A program made the position numbers and the translations under genes. This document shows, one piece after another, positions 52,801 to 64,000 of a DNA stretch of 64,000 nucleotides. The notes under the pieces are model-generated. The model made no database searches. It saw nothing but the letters and a program-made list of their open reading frames with translations, and was not told the DNA's origin. Source of the stretch: Squalus acanthias (taxonomy: Eukaryota); NCBI GenBank assembly GCA_030390025.1, contig CM059439.1:35960001-36024000 (forward strand), given 5' to 3'. Each line of letters opens with the position of its first letter. Position 1 is the first letter of the stretch.

Positions 52801-55688
52801 CAATCTCATTTGATTTTTTTTTAAACTATTCAAAAGTTCAGGTAATGGAATGCCCCTGTTGGCCTAGTAGGTAAATGTATCACCTAGTGCTGAGCCACAC
52901 AGACCAGAAGGTCCCAGGCTCAATCTGTGCTGATAAATCTAATCTCAGCAAGGGTAGAGTGAAACTGTTACATCTGAACTAAAGAGGAAAAAAAACAGCC
53001 AAAGCTCCCACTCCTAATCGCTATCCAATAATGTCTCGTGGTGAAAAATGCATGTATAATCCGGCTTCGCTGTAGCGATTTACACAGTCAAATAGTCTGT
53101 CGGTTCCATGGATGCAGCCTGTCTTCCCATACTTCACCCAAGCAATCATTCTCCATGCATGAGCCTAGACCATGAGTGTCAACAGGTTTATGTTTCCCAT
53201 TGGGGGCAATCTATCCAGCCCTAATCCTGTCCTCACACATGCACACTTTTCAGCATAGACCAGTGGTTACTGATTTGGCGTACATTCCCCTCCCATGCCC
53301 ATGGGAGTAAAACCAGATGTAGTGCCACACTGCTGCCCTGGATGACATCAACTAACTCAATATTAAACAGGGGATCTTCCTAGTTTTTATAGCCCAGTAA
53401 CACACTAGACGGTGCACTTCCCGAAAGAGTCATCAGGGAGCTCTAGGTAGCTTCTTTATTGAAGTAGTCCTCAAGACAGGTTTCATTGTCAGAAGCTTGC
53501 AACTCCAGATGTTATCTAATTAATATTATATTGGTCCATGAAAAAAATGCTGTTAAAAATATTAAATATTTATAACTTAATTGATGACTTTTAATTTAAT
53601 ATGCCTAGATATTGCTTCAGAGTTGACATTTTTGTGCTTGTATAGAGCACAGAAATTCTGCATGGCAGCATCTATCTCAGCCTACTTCAGTGGAGCCAAT
53701 GACAAAGAGCCAGCTTCCAAAATGTTTTTGCCATGGTTAAAATTTGAATGTAATTAAGAAATCCTTCACATGGGGTTTCCCTCTGCATATGTACATTAAT
53801 AAAAGTTTGTTAGATGATTCTGATGGCACCAAAAACTGCGTAGATCTTTTATTTCAATCCTATCTTGTTTGACTTCACACATTGACGCCATCACTAATTA
53901 AATTGCATAATTATTCACAGAAAAGACACCTTCAGCACAGGGCAGCTAATTGTGAGAATGTAAAAAGAACCAACTTTATACTTAAAAACTGATACATTTT
54001 TATTTATCTCCCAGAATGGCAGAGGATTATTTGGCAATCTTCTTGAATTGTTGCCCTGAAATATCCCTCATTAACAAGTTAACACATTTTAAATCCCTTT
54101 TTAATGTGCTCATTGCTATTTTGACATGTCCAGCAGCTGGTGAAGGCCTAAGGAAAGCAATACTTTCTCTGAATGTCAGCTAGACTACATTGACTTAATT
54201 TATCAGAAATATACTGAAATTATTATTTGCAGGAGGTGACGAGAAATGTCAAATCCTACAATAAACTGCTGGCACTTTCTCAAAATTACCTTGTGCCTTT
54301 TTTCCCTTCAGCAGGTGCCTGCTAAATGATTGCTATAAGACGACACAAGATTGATTAAACAAAAGCCACCTTGCGCCAAAGTTCAGTCCCTGTAAATGGG
54401 GTTTGTATCTCATTCTCTGCCTCTGTCAGCCTTGCTCTGAAGGGCTTCTCTTGGTTGACTGGGTCACAGTAAGCAGGAGTACTGCCATAAAGGAGAAGAT
54501 TGAAAGGAGAAGAAGGCATCACCTTTTCAGATTTGTCTCAACAAGTCAGACCACAAAAGAACAGCAAACCCTTCTACAATGAGCATAATTCATGACCTTT
54601 GACTTCTAGAAGCAGTTGGATGCCATGTTTATTTACAGTTTATTTTTAATTCTCTCTCATTTAGCTTTCTTTTGTTTTGTTTTAGTTTGCATCCTTGTTT
54701 TTCATTCTTATCTCCTTTTCCAGTTATATTCTTCTTTCTTACTGTTTTAACAGAATATTCCAGGTTAAGAATCTACAAATGGTCCTATTCTAGAGTATGA
54801 AAAAATATATCCCTGCATACAATTTAAAGAAAATGCAAAAAAAGAGTATGGCAACCAAATATTTTAGTAGAGAACACAGAAATAGAACAAGCATTTACAT
54901 ATACATTTATATGTATTTTTTAAAAAAGCGAAGCATGAAAAATTAAAACTTAGGACCCTATAATGGCTTAAACCTTAAGTATTCATCTCAAAATTTACCC
55001 TTATCTTTTTCTTTTCATTATTCATAAGTGATTTTTTTTCTTGAAGAGCAAACTATAGGATCACTAGACTTCCAATTGAGGTTGCCAGTGTCGTGTGAAG
55101 AGACTTAGTAAAAATAATTAGAATCTTGTCCGTAGCGCAACGATAAGCTGAGAGATTGCTAGGTTTCATCTCGTTCTCCCTCCTCCTCCCCCTCATTCCC
55201 TTCCTCCTAATAAAGTTTGAAGGTTAACAGTCACAAGTCTGGCTCATTAGAGGCTTCCTCTTCTACTTTATTCTATCTGACACAAATACAGCAAAGACAG
55301 AGGTGGGGGCGGGGAGAAACTATTAAAAATCTTCAAATATCACCTGGTTTATAATTTGTCAGGGTACAGAATAGCATTGAACGATATGGAAAAGCCCATC
55401 CCCCACTGCCTGCAGAACCAAGGAAAGCTACAGATAGATGGATTCGTGGGCTCATTTTAATGCTGTAGGCATGATGGATCGTGCTGTGACTAAACAGTCT
55501 TTTCAAAGCTGCCATTCATGAGAACTATATATAGACCATTTAAGAAACCCATATATATTATTTATATGTGGTGTGTATAGGTGCGGAAGAAACTATTACA
55601 ATGTGTAATAACAGACATTTTAAACGGTTAGCTCGGTCTTAAAGGGACAATGTCCTTCTCAGTAAGCTCCAACAGCCTGAAAAATATA

Positions 55689-56353
55689 GCCCCGATTTTA
55701 ACTGGGTGGATCGTTACAATGGTGGCTGGGCAGCATGCTGCTTTCCTGATGCATTTCCGGCTCTGCCATTTTAACCAGGCAGAATTCAGGCACGGGAGGG
55801 CTGCTCTCCCCGGGCAAGCGAGGGCCTACTTGACATGCTGAAGTCGCAGCCGGATGAGGTCATCAGCACCGCAACATGACTTTAACTCCAGAAATAGAGA
55901 GGCCCGCACAGCGTCAAAACTGACAGAAAAACCTGGTGGGAAGCAACAGAGTGGCCAGTAGAGGCCAAGGTAAGTATTGTTTTTAATTTCAGTGAGGATT
56001 CCTTGTGGGTTAGGAGGAGCAGGAGTGCTCTTCTGGGGCCCGCAAGGAATCCTTGGCCTCCCCAGCCCCAGGGTTTTCTCTCCCTCCCAGCAATAATATC
56101 TGTTGGAAATGCACCCCCCCACCTCCTTCAACACTAACCTTATGCCAGGGATGTTCCCTTGGGTCCCTGGCAGTGTCTGGTCCTGACCTTAAATCCTGCT
56201 CCTGCCAGCCACAGTTGACGTCATCCCTGCCGGCTTCGGGCAGGAGACAGTTTACATGAGGCCCGGGTGTTATAATCACCCCAGCCTCACGCTCCGGGGT
56301 CTGGATGGATTACCGCCCACTTTGGCCCCGGCACCCGAGGTTAAAATCGAGGC
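55689..56353. mobile_element. Non-autonomous DNA transposon (MITE)
   Basis: TIRs GCCCCGATTTTAAC and GCCTCGATTTTAAC (rc); TATA on both flanks; CpG-rich interior. Confidence 0.75.
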
Positions 56354-56805
56354 TATACTGTTCAGCTAAATAAGAGAATTCAACACAAATAATTTGGACA
56401 AATAAAAACACCAGCTGCACAGTACTGCAGAAATATATCACTGCCTTTATTAATAAGCTTATAAAAATTACATTGCAACTAAAATACAACATGGAACTTT
56501 TCAGATAGGAAATGGAATCTTATTTTAAAAAGAGGATTGTTAAGGTGATTGGAATTTAAAATAATTAATTACAGTTGAAGAAATGCAAAAAGGTTTATTG
56601 TTTCTTTAAAAAAAATCCCCAATTATAATTGATTCCTTTTGCAATATAGAGGGAATAATGGATACCAAGATCGATAACAAAGCAATAAACTAATCTCAGG
56701 TCGTTTGGCTGACACTCAATGATACTTAAATGGTTTATGACCATCATGGAAACCCAAGTTTAGATTACATCCACCACTACTACCACCAACACCACCACCA
56801 CTACC

Positions 56806-58550
56806 ACAACTTGCATTTATATAGCAGCTTTATTGTAGAAAATTGTCCTAAGATGCTTCACAGAAGCAGGAGGTAAAAAGGCGCTGAGCCAAAAAGGGAG
56901 AGATTTGGAGGGGGTAACCAAAAAAATGGTCAAAAGGTGGGTTTTAAGGAGGGTCTTAAAGGAAGAGAATCAAGTGGATAGAACAAATTCCAAAGAGTGG
57001 GTTGAAGGCACAGCTGCCAATGGTGGGGTAAAGGGAAGGGGGGATGCACAAGAGGTCAGAGTAGGACGAATGGAGAGTTCGGGGTGGTTGTAGGGTGGAG
57101 GAGGTTAGAGAGATAAGGAGGGGGGAGGCCATGGAGGATTAAAACACAGGAATAAAAATTTTAAATTTAAGGCATTGGACAACCAGCAGTCAATATAGGT
57201 CAGTTTGGAACTGTGACAGAAAAGTGGGATTTGGTGTGTGTTAGGATCTGGGCATCAGAGCTTCGGATAAGCTGAATTTTATGGAGGATGGATTACATAG
57301 GATATACAGCACAGAAACAGGCCATTCGGCCCAACCAGTCCATGCCGGCGTTTATGCTCCACTCGAGCCTCCTCCTGTCTTTCCTCATCTAACTCTATCA
57401 GCAACCCTCTATTCCCTTCTCCCTCATAGGCTTATCTAGCTTCCCCTTAAATGCATCTATACTATTCGCTTCAACCACTCCCTGTGGTAGTGAGTTCCAC
57501 ATTCTCACCATTCTCTGGGTAAAGAAGTTTCTTCTGAATTCCCTACTGGATTTCTTGGTGACTATCTTATATTGATGGCCTCTAGTTTGCTCTTGCCCAC
57601 AAGTGGAAACACTCTGTATCCACTCTATCAAAACCTTTCATAATTTCAAAGACCTCTGTTAGGTTCAAGAGAAAAGAAAAGGCTGAGGGGTGACCACATT
57701 TCTGGTATCATCCTTATACATCTTTTTTGCACCTTCTCCAGTGCCTCTATATCCTATTTATAATATGGCGACCAGAATTGTACACAGTACTCCAAGTGTG
57801 GTCTAACCAACGTTCGATACAAGTTTAGCATAACTTCTCTACTTTTCAATTTATGGGAGGTCAGCCAGATGAGCATTGGAACTGTCGAGTCTGGAGATGA
57901 CAAAGACAGGTTTCACTAGTGGATGAGCTGGGGTAGGGGCAGAAGTGGGCAATATTATAGAGGTCGAAATAGGTGGCCCTTTGTATGGAGAAGATACGGG
58001 GTCAGAAATGCATCTTGGGCTTAAACAGGAGGCCGAGGTTGCAATCAGTCTGGTTCAGCCTGGCACAGTAGCCAAGGAGGTGGTTAGAGTCATTGGTGAG
58101 GGTACAACAGAGTTTTCAGGTCGGGGGGGGGGGGAGGTGAACACAATAGCTTTGCTCTTCCCTATGTTTAGCTGAAGGATGTTATGGCTCATTCAAGACA
58201 GGATATTAGACAAGCAGTCTGAGCACACAGGCAGTGGAGGGGTAAAGAGAGGTGATAGAGGTAGAACTGGGTGTGTTAGTTGACCCCCTTGTCTGCAGAT
58301 GGTGTCACCAAGAGGTAGCATGTAGATGAGGAAGAGGAGGGGGATCAGGATGGATTCTTGGGAAGCTCTGGAGGTGATGGTGCAGAGATGAGGAGTGAAG
58401 CCATTGCTAGAGATGCTCTGCATCAGATAGGTAAGAGTGGAACCAAGCTATGGCAGTCCCATGGAGCTAGACAATGGAGGAAAGGATAATATGGTCAACT
58501 CTATCGAAGGCTGCAGAGAGTTCAAGGAGAATGAGGAGGAGACTGCACCA
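56806..58550 (-). mobile_element. Degenerate L2 LINE split by a CR1 insertion
   Basis: ASQESILIPLLFLIYMLPLGDTIC resembles the L2 RT motif GVPQGSILGPLLFLIYMLPLG; L2 tail at about 56806. Confidence 0.75.
57295..57851 (-). mobile_element. CR1 LINE 3' end nested in the L2
   Basis: TRGHQYKIVTKKSSREFRRNFFTQRMVRMWNSLPQGVVEA plus a tail. Confidence 0.9.
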
Positions 58551-58560
58551 TGATCGCCCA

Positions 58561-58661
58561 TGGATTGGCCACCCATTATACATTCCGCCTGATTTTCCTT
58601 TCCATTAGCTTCAAAGAAAATAAAAGCGGGGTGGGATGCATAACAGGCGGCCAATAATCCA
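58561..58661. repeat. Short imperfect palindromic MITE-like element
   Basis: TGGATTGGCC...GGCCAATAATCCA ends with internal dyad symmetry. Confidence 0.55.
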
Positions 58662-59490
58662 TATATATAACAATATATGTATAAGAGTGTAATAATTCAG
58701 AAATTAATAATTAAAAAAAACCTCTTCCTGTTGAGATACACCAGCATCTTTGATGAATTACAAAACTGGCTTACCTGGAATACATGTGTATAGAGAATCA
58801 CTGTTAAAAATTGTATTTTTTGTGTGATTACTCCCAGCAATACATGGCAGCTTCTGCCAGATGACCCCCACAGGGCCTGACATTTCATCAGAATGGTGTG
58901 CTACTAAGATTTTCTGTCGACAAGGGTGACGTGGCTTCATATTGAACCATGAGCAGGGGTCACTTCCATTATATTAAGTATTAGAAGGTTACACACAGCA
59001 CCACACAGTCACTCTCTGCTTGATCAGGCCACATACATACAGAGATAGCTGCAGTTAATATATTCACAATCGACTCTTTGCAAATGTTTTCATATGTTTG
59101 ACCTCTTTTGTAAATGTAACTCCTTTACTAAACCACAGGTAATTCAACCAATCAAGCCATACCTACTCAGCTGTCCATTCTGTTAATACATATCCAATTA
59201 CACAGAGTGACAAAGGCGGCTTTGCATGACATCATAAACCATGAAATCAAATCTCGATTGATTAATAACTTCTACCAAATCCCGAGAATGTATCAGAGCC
59301 CTGAAAATATTTTCCAGATATTTATTTAAATAGATGCAGGTTGTATTTTTTATTTTATTTTCCCTTTGGAGGTAATTTTTCCAGAGTTTATACCTTCCAT
59401 TAATGCTAAGCATAGCCATCGTGGTTGATGATTTTCCTTATGTTGATCCATGATCTGAGACAGGATGAGGAGCTATTTTATGAAATTTTT

Positions 59491-59915
59491 ACTTTCATTT
59501 ATATAGCGTCTTTCACATTCTCAGTCTGTCTCAGAGTGCTTTGAACCATTGAATTACTTTTAATCACCAGGTAAATATGGTAGCCAATTTGTGCACAGCA
59601 AAATTCCACGAACAGCAATGCGATAAATGAGCAGTTAATTTGTTTTTCTGGTGGAATTGGTTGAGGGATAAATGTTGACTAGGACACTGGGGCAATTCCA
59701 TACTCTTCTTCGAACAGTGCCATGGGACCTTTTATGTTCATCTGAACAGGCAGACAGGGCCTCAGTTTAATGTGCCAACTGTAAGACAGCATGTCTAACA
59801 ATGCAACACTGCCTCAATACTGCACGGAAGTGTCGGCCTATATTAAATGCTGAAGTCCTGGAGTGAGGAGTGAATAACGTTCTGACTCAGAGGCAACAGT
59901 AATACCACTGAGCCA
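59491..59915 (-). mobile_element. SacSINE1-like DeuSINE
   Basis: Reverse-complement homolog of 29966-30423. Confidence 0.8.
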
Positions 59916-61580
59916 AGGTGATACATAAACAAACATTTATTACACTGGAGTGGGTTTACAATTGGATGAGATGATGGAGAAAAAAACCAAAGTCCCTTTT
60001 AAAAAGATCCAATATTTCTGTATTTATTGCATAATACACTGTGTGTTACAAAGGTGCAATAGTCTTGCATGCATTATAATACTGTTATATAACTAACTAC
60101 TGCATTAAAAAACCACACCAATTACATTCTAGAAATCCTCAGAACATTTGCCAAATATTCCCAACTATTATGCAATAAGTAACATTCCTTGCTTTTACTC
60201 AACTAACAGAAAAGCCACTATATAAAAAGAAGCCCCGTCACAGCATAGATGCTATAAAAGTAGTCATTTTTTTTTTAAAGCCTCAAGTTCCCCAGTGGTT
60301 TATTTGGTAATTATACTAGTGTGTAACTGAACCACACACTACAGGAAGTGCCCTAGCTCAATTCGCAGTTTGTGCTGTGTTAAGTGACCTTAACTGGGTC
60401 ATTACAATTGTCCTCAGTGCCCCTAGGCTAGGGAGAAAGAAAAAAACATAATCAGGGTTCCTACTCCTGATCATTATCCAGTGACCATGTTGGAAAGTGT
60501 ACTTAATGTGAACATCGAGCGATGGACATATTCGGGCTCGCTCAGCACCGATAGCCTTCATGGTCAAATAGCCTGGCAGAAGTCACTGCCTAAGATCACA
60601 GATGAAAAATGACCTCTTGGGAGAGGTACTGAAGGGCACACAGTGCCCACGACAGTATACCCTAATATTAGTTAGCATCTTTAGGAGAGGGGAGAAAATT
60701 GTGGGGCGGGGGTGGTGGCTAAGAGGAAGAGAAGGATTCCTGAAATCGGGCAGCTTTCAACACAAACAACGGTGGGGGGGGCGGAAGAAAGGGGAGAGTG
60801 AACTGAAAAAGTAAGATAACATTTGCAAGGCCTTCCCAATAACAAACTAATGCTTCAATATAATTGGCGATAGGCCTACATTCATGAAAAGTTGATTGAA
60901 CTGCTTTTTAATGACTGCTTTGTGGAACTGATGTAATAATTAAACCCCAATAATGATAATAAAGTACACTGTCAGTGCCACTGGTCTGCAAGTGTAAATG
61001 CTGATATCGCATTTATCAACACTGGTACTAACATACAGTCCAGGCCCAAAGCCCATTTTTCCTTCTGGAATGTCAGTTCTGCCAAGTCTCTTTCTTGTTG
61101 AGTCAGACTCACTATTCTTGGATTTAAAAAAAAAATTAACTGTTTCCAAGCATCAATATCTTAAAAAAAATTAAATCCACCAATAAATATTTCAACTGAG
61201 TTTGAAATTAGTCACCCTGTTTCAGCTTCTAAAATGTTCCTCTTCCCCCAGTAATGTGCAGGGAGAGCAGCTCTGCAATATAAAATCTTTGGTGATGTTA
61301 CTGTAAAGCAAGCTTTTTTTGACATGGAGAGGAAATTGGTACACAGGCTTCAGTAAATGCATCTACTTATTCACACCTTTCTTGAAGCACAAGTTGCCCC
61401 CTCAGTGTATACAGCCCTCGTACGGAGGATTGGCCTTTACGGATTGCGGCACAGGTAAAAAAAAACATGAAAATAGTCCTCGTAGTTTATGCACAAGTAC
61501 AGAAAATTACAACAACTTGCATTTATAGAGCGCCTTTATTACAGGAAAACGTCCCAGGACGCTTCATGGAGTGTAATCAG

Positions 61581-61875
61581 AAAGAAAGACTTGAAAGACT
61601 TTCATTTATATAGCGCCTTTCACGATCTCAGGACGTCCCAAAGCGCTTTACAGCCAATGAAGTACTTTTTGAAGTGCAGTCACTGTTGTAAGGTAGGAAA
61701 CACGGCAGCCAATTGCGCACAGCAAGCTCCCACAAACAGCAATGTGATAATGATCAGATAATCTGTTCTACTGATGTTGTTTGAGGATAAATATTAGTGC
61801 TCAAGTCTCTGGAGTGGGACGTGAACCCACACCCTTCTGACTCAGAAGCGAGAGTGCTACCCACTGAGCCATGAC
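61581..61875 (-). mobile_element. Internally deleted SacSINE1-like SINE inserted in an L2 tail fragment (61508-61966)
   Basis: SINE head and tail are present but the core is missing; the flanks match the L2 3' sequence at 56806-56960. Confidence 0.7.
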
Positions 61876-63147
61876 TGACAAAAATTTGACACCGAGCCAA
61901 AGAAGGTGAAATTAGGAGGGGTGACTGAAAGTTTGATCAAAGAAGTAGGTTTTAAGGAGGGTCTTAATTACTACTGCGTTTACATCTATGAGGTAAAAGT
62001 ATTATCTGTAGAATAGAATAAGGGTACAAAAATATGACGTTTTGCAAAAAGAATGGATTTTAACAGTAATTTGCTGCATTGCCAAAATAATACATTTTAA
62101 GCCTTGGGAATGAGTTAGGAATGGACCAAAGTTTGTATCGGACACTTTTTCTGCTGCATCTGCGCTAAATATTTAGTGATACTGAATGACAGGCTTGCAT
62201 CCTGTGACAGGCCTTGAACTAGAACATTATCATATTCATCCAAAATAATGAGCAGTCAGTTTGTGAGTTTTCTTGAGATAAAACAACCAAAAAATCATGT
62301 CCACAAAGCAAAGGGGAAAAGTATTTTCAAAGCTATTCACTGCTTGGTGAGTAGGCGTTCCCCCCTAATTCACTCATAGTGAACAACGTTGAATTTTAAT
62401 TAGAGGAAATCATCTGTCCTAAAATAATCACCGAGTTAGTCGGTGAGGTAGGATCTGGGAAGAACTGGAACATGCCACAGATCAGGTGCAGCAGGAAAAT
62501 ACTTAAATAAAAACAATAATCAAGGCTGGTGATGGAGGAATAGACACCGTGGTGTTACTCACAAGCTGCTGAATGGCTGGGTTTCTGTTTTGGGAAAGCT
62601 GCAGTCTCGCCCCTTGTTAACTTGTGAGTGGAATTCTTCAGCCATAAAGCACACATAGATTTGACATCACCCTACAGGTGGGCGAATTCAAAGAGTAAAA
62701 CCCAAACACATTCAAGAAGAAGCTAGGAAGCCACAAATATAAACAGAAAGTGGGGTGGGGGGGCAGCTCTCAAAATCTCAAAATGGGGCTTACGTTCAGG
62801 TTGAAAAAAGACAGCTACCCTGGAAGGTGGGGCTACAAGAAAATTATAAAACAAATAATGGCTGTTTGATCTGCATGGATATCAAACCCTGGCAACAATG
62901 CATACAGGTTTCTGAGTGCAAAGTTTTCAAACAGAGAGAAATATATGTTACTACAGACCAAATAGAGGAAGGAACAGTTATAAACTACTAAAATCTTTCA
63001 AGATATGGAGACTTCACTCAGTTCCAATGATTTTTTTTGTTCAGGGGTTCTTTGGAAATGACACAAAGCTCTAGAACCCACTTCACACTTTTTTTCAACG
63101 AAGAATGCAACTAATCAGCGCACACCCTACAGTTCTTAAACACTAAA

Positions 63148-64000
63148 ATGAGCTAAAAAAAGAGCTTAGGAGAGCTAGGAGGGGGCATGAGAAGTCCTTG
63201 GCGAGTCGGATCAAGAAAAACCCCAAGGCCTTTACTCTTATGTGAGAAATAAAAGAATGACCAGGGTGAGGGTAGGGCCGGTCAAGGACAGTAGTGGGAA
63301 CTTGTGCATGGAGTCAGAAGAGATAGGAGAGGTGATGAATGAATACTTTTCGTCAGTGTTCACCGAGGAGAGGGGCCATGTTCTTGAGGATGAGAGTGTG
63401 ATAAAGGTGGATAGGCTGGAGGTGGTAGATGTTCTGAGGGAAGATGTTTTAGCAATTTTGAAGAACCTGAGGGTCGATAAGTCCCCTGGGCCAGATGGGA
63501 TATATCCTAGGATTCTTTGGGAGGCAAGGGAGGAGATTGCAGAGCCTCTGGCTTTGATCTTTGGGTCCTCACTGTCCACGGGAATGGTGCCAGAGGACTG
63601 GAGAGTGGCGAATGTTGTTCCTCTCTTCAAGAAAGGAAATAGGAATGACCCTGGTAATTATAGGCCGGTTAGTCTTACTTCGGTGGTTGGTAAGATAATG
63701 GAAAAGGTCCTGAGGGATAGGATTTATGACCATTTGGAAAGGGGCAACTTAATCAGGGATAGTCAACACGGATTCGTGAAGGGTAAGTCTTGCCTAACAA
63801 ATTTGATTGAATTCTTTGAGGAGGTAACTAAGTGTGTAGACGAAGGTAGAGCAGTTGATGTCGTATACATGGATTTTAGTAAGGCGTTTGATAAGGTTCC
63901 CCTGGTCGTCTCATGAAGAAAGTAAGGAGTTGTGGGATAGAGGGAAATTTGGCCGATTGGATAAGTAACTGGCTATCTCATAGAAGGCAGAGGGTGGTGG
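63148..64000 (+). mobile_element. Well-preserved CR1 LINE ORF2 (RT) fragment, cut by the window edge
   Basis: 224-aa ORF with KSPGPDGIYPRILWE, PEDWRVANVVPLFKKG, NYRPVSLTS and YMDFSKAFDKVP; frameshift near 63900. Confidence 0.95.

Noticed and set aside
48909-64000. SH3/RhoGAP exons of a p85-length isoform, or a P3R3URF-like ORF
   Set aside because: None recognised by eye in the 15 kb upstream; they could lie outside the window.

Overview
Eukaryotic (vertebrate) genomic DNA, almost certainly from a shark or other cartilaginous fish, judging by HE1/V-SINE, SacSINE1-like DeuSINE, CR1, L2, Penelope and Harbinger repeats. The window holds one complete protein-coding gene on the minus strand: PIK3R3 (PI3K regulatory subunit p55gamma). 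I reconstructed 10 GT-AG coding exons (ATG 48908, TGA 16097; 1389 nt, 462 aa), with a probable ~7 kb 3'UTR ending near 8.9 kb and a CCAAT-box promoter near 49.7 kb. The rest is intron or intergenic DNA with transposon relics, and almost all listed ORFs are spurious or TE fragments. I found no convincing new multi-gene system. The best leads are: a Penelope-derived ~82-bp hairpin with a triplicated hammerhead-like module in the putative 3'UTR; Harbinger elements with variable 3-bp TSDs; a candidate in-frame upstream PIK3R3 exon at 58.8 kb; a poly-Lys uORF just before the start codon; and a duplicated poly(A)-signal motif.
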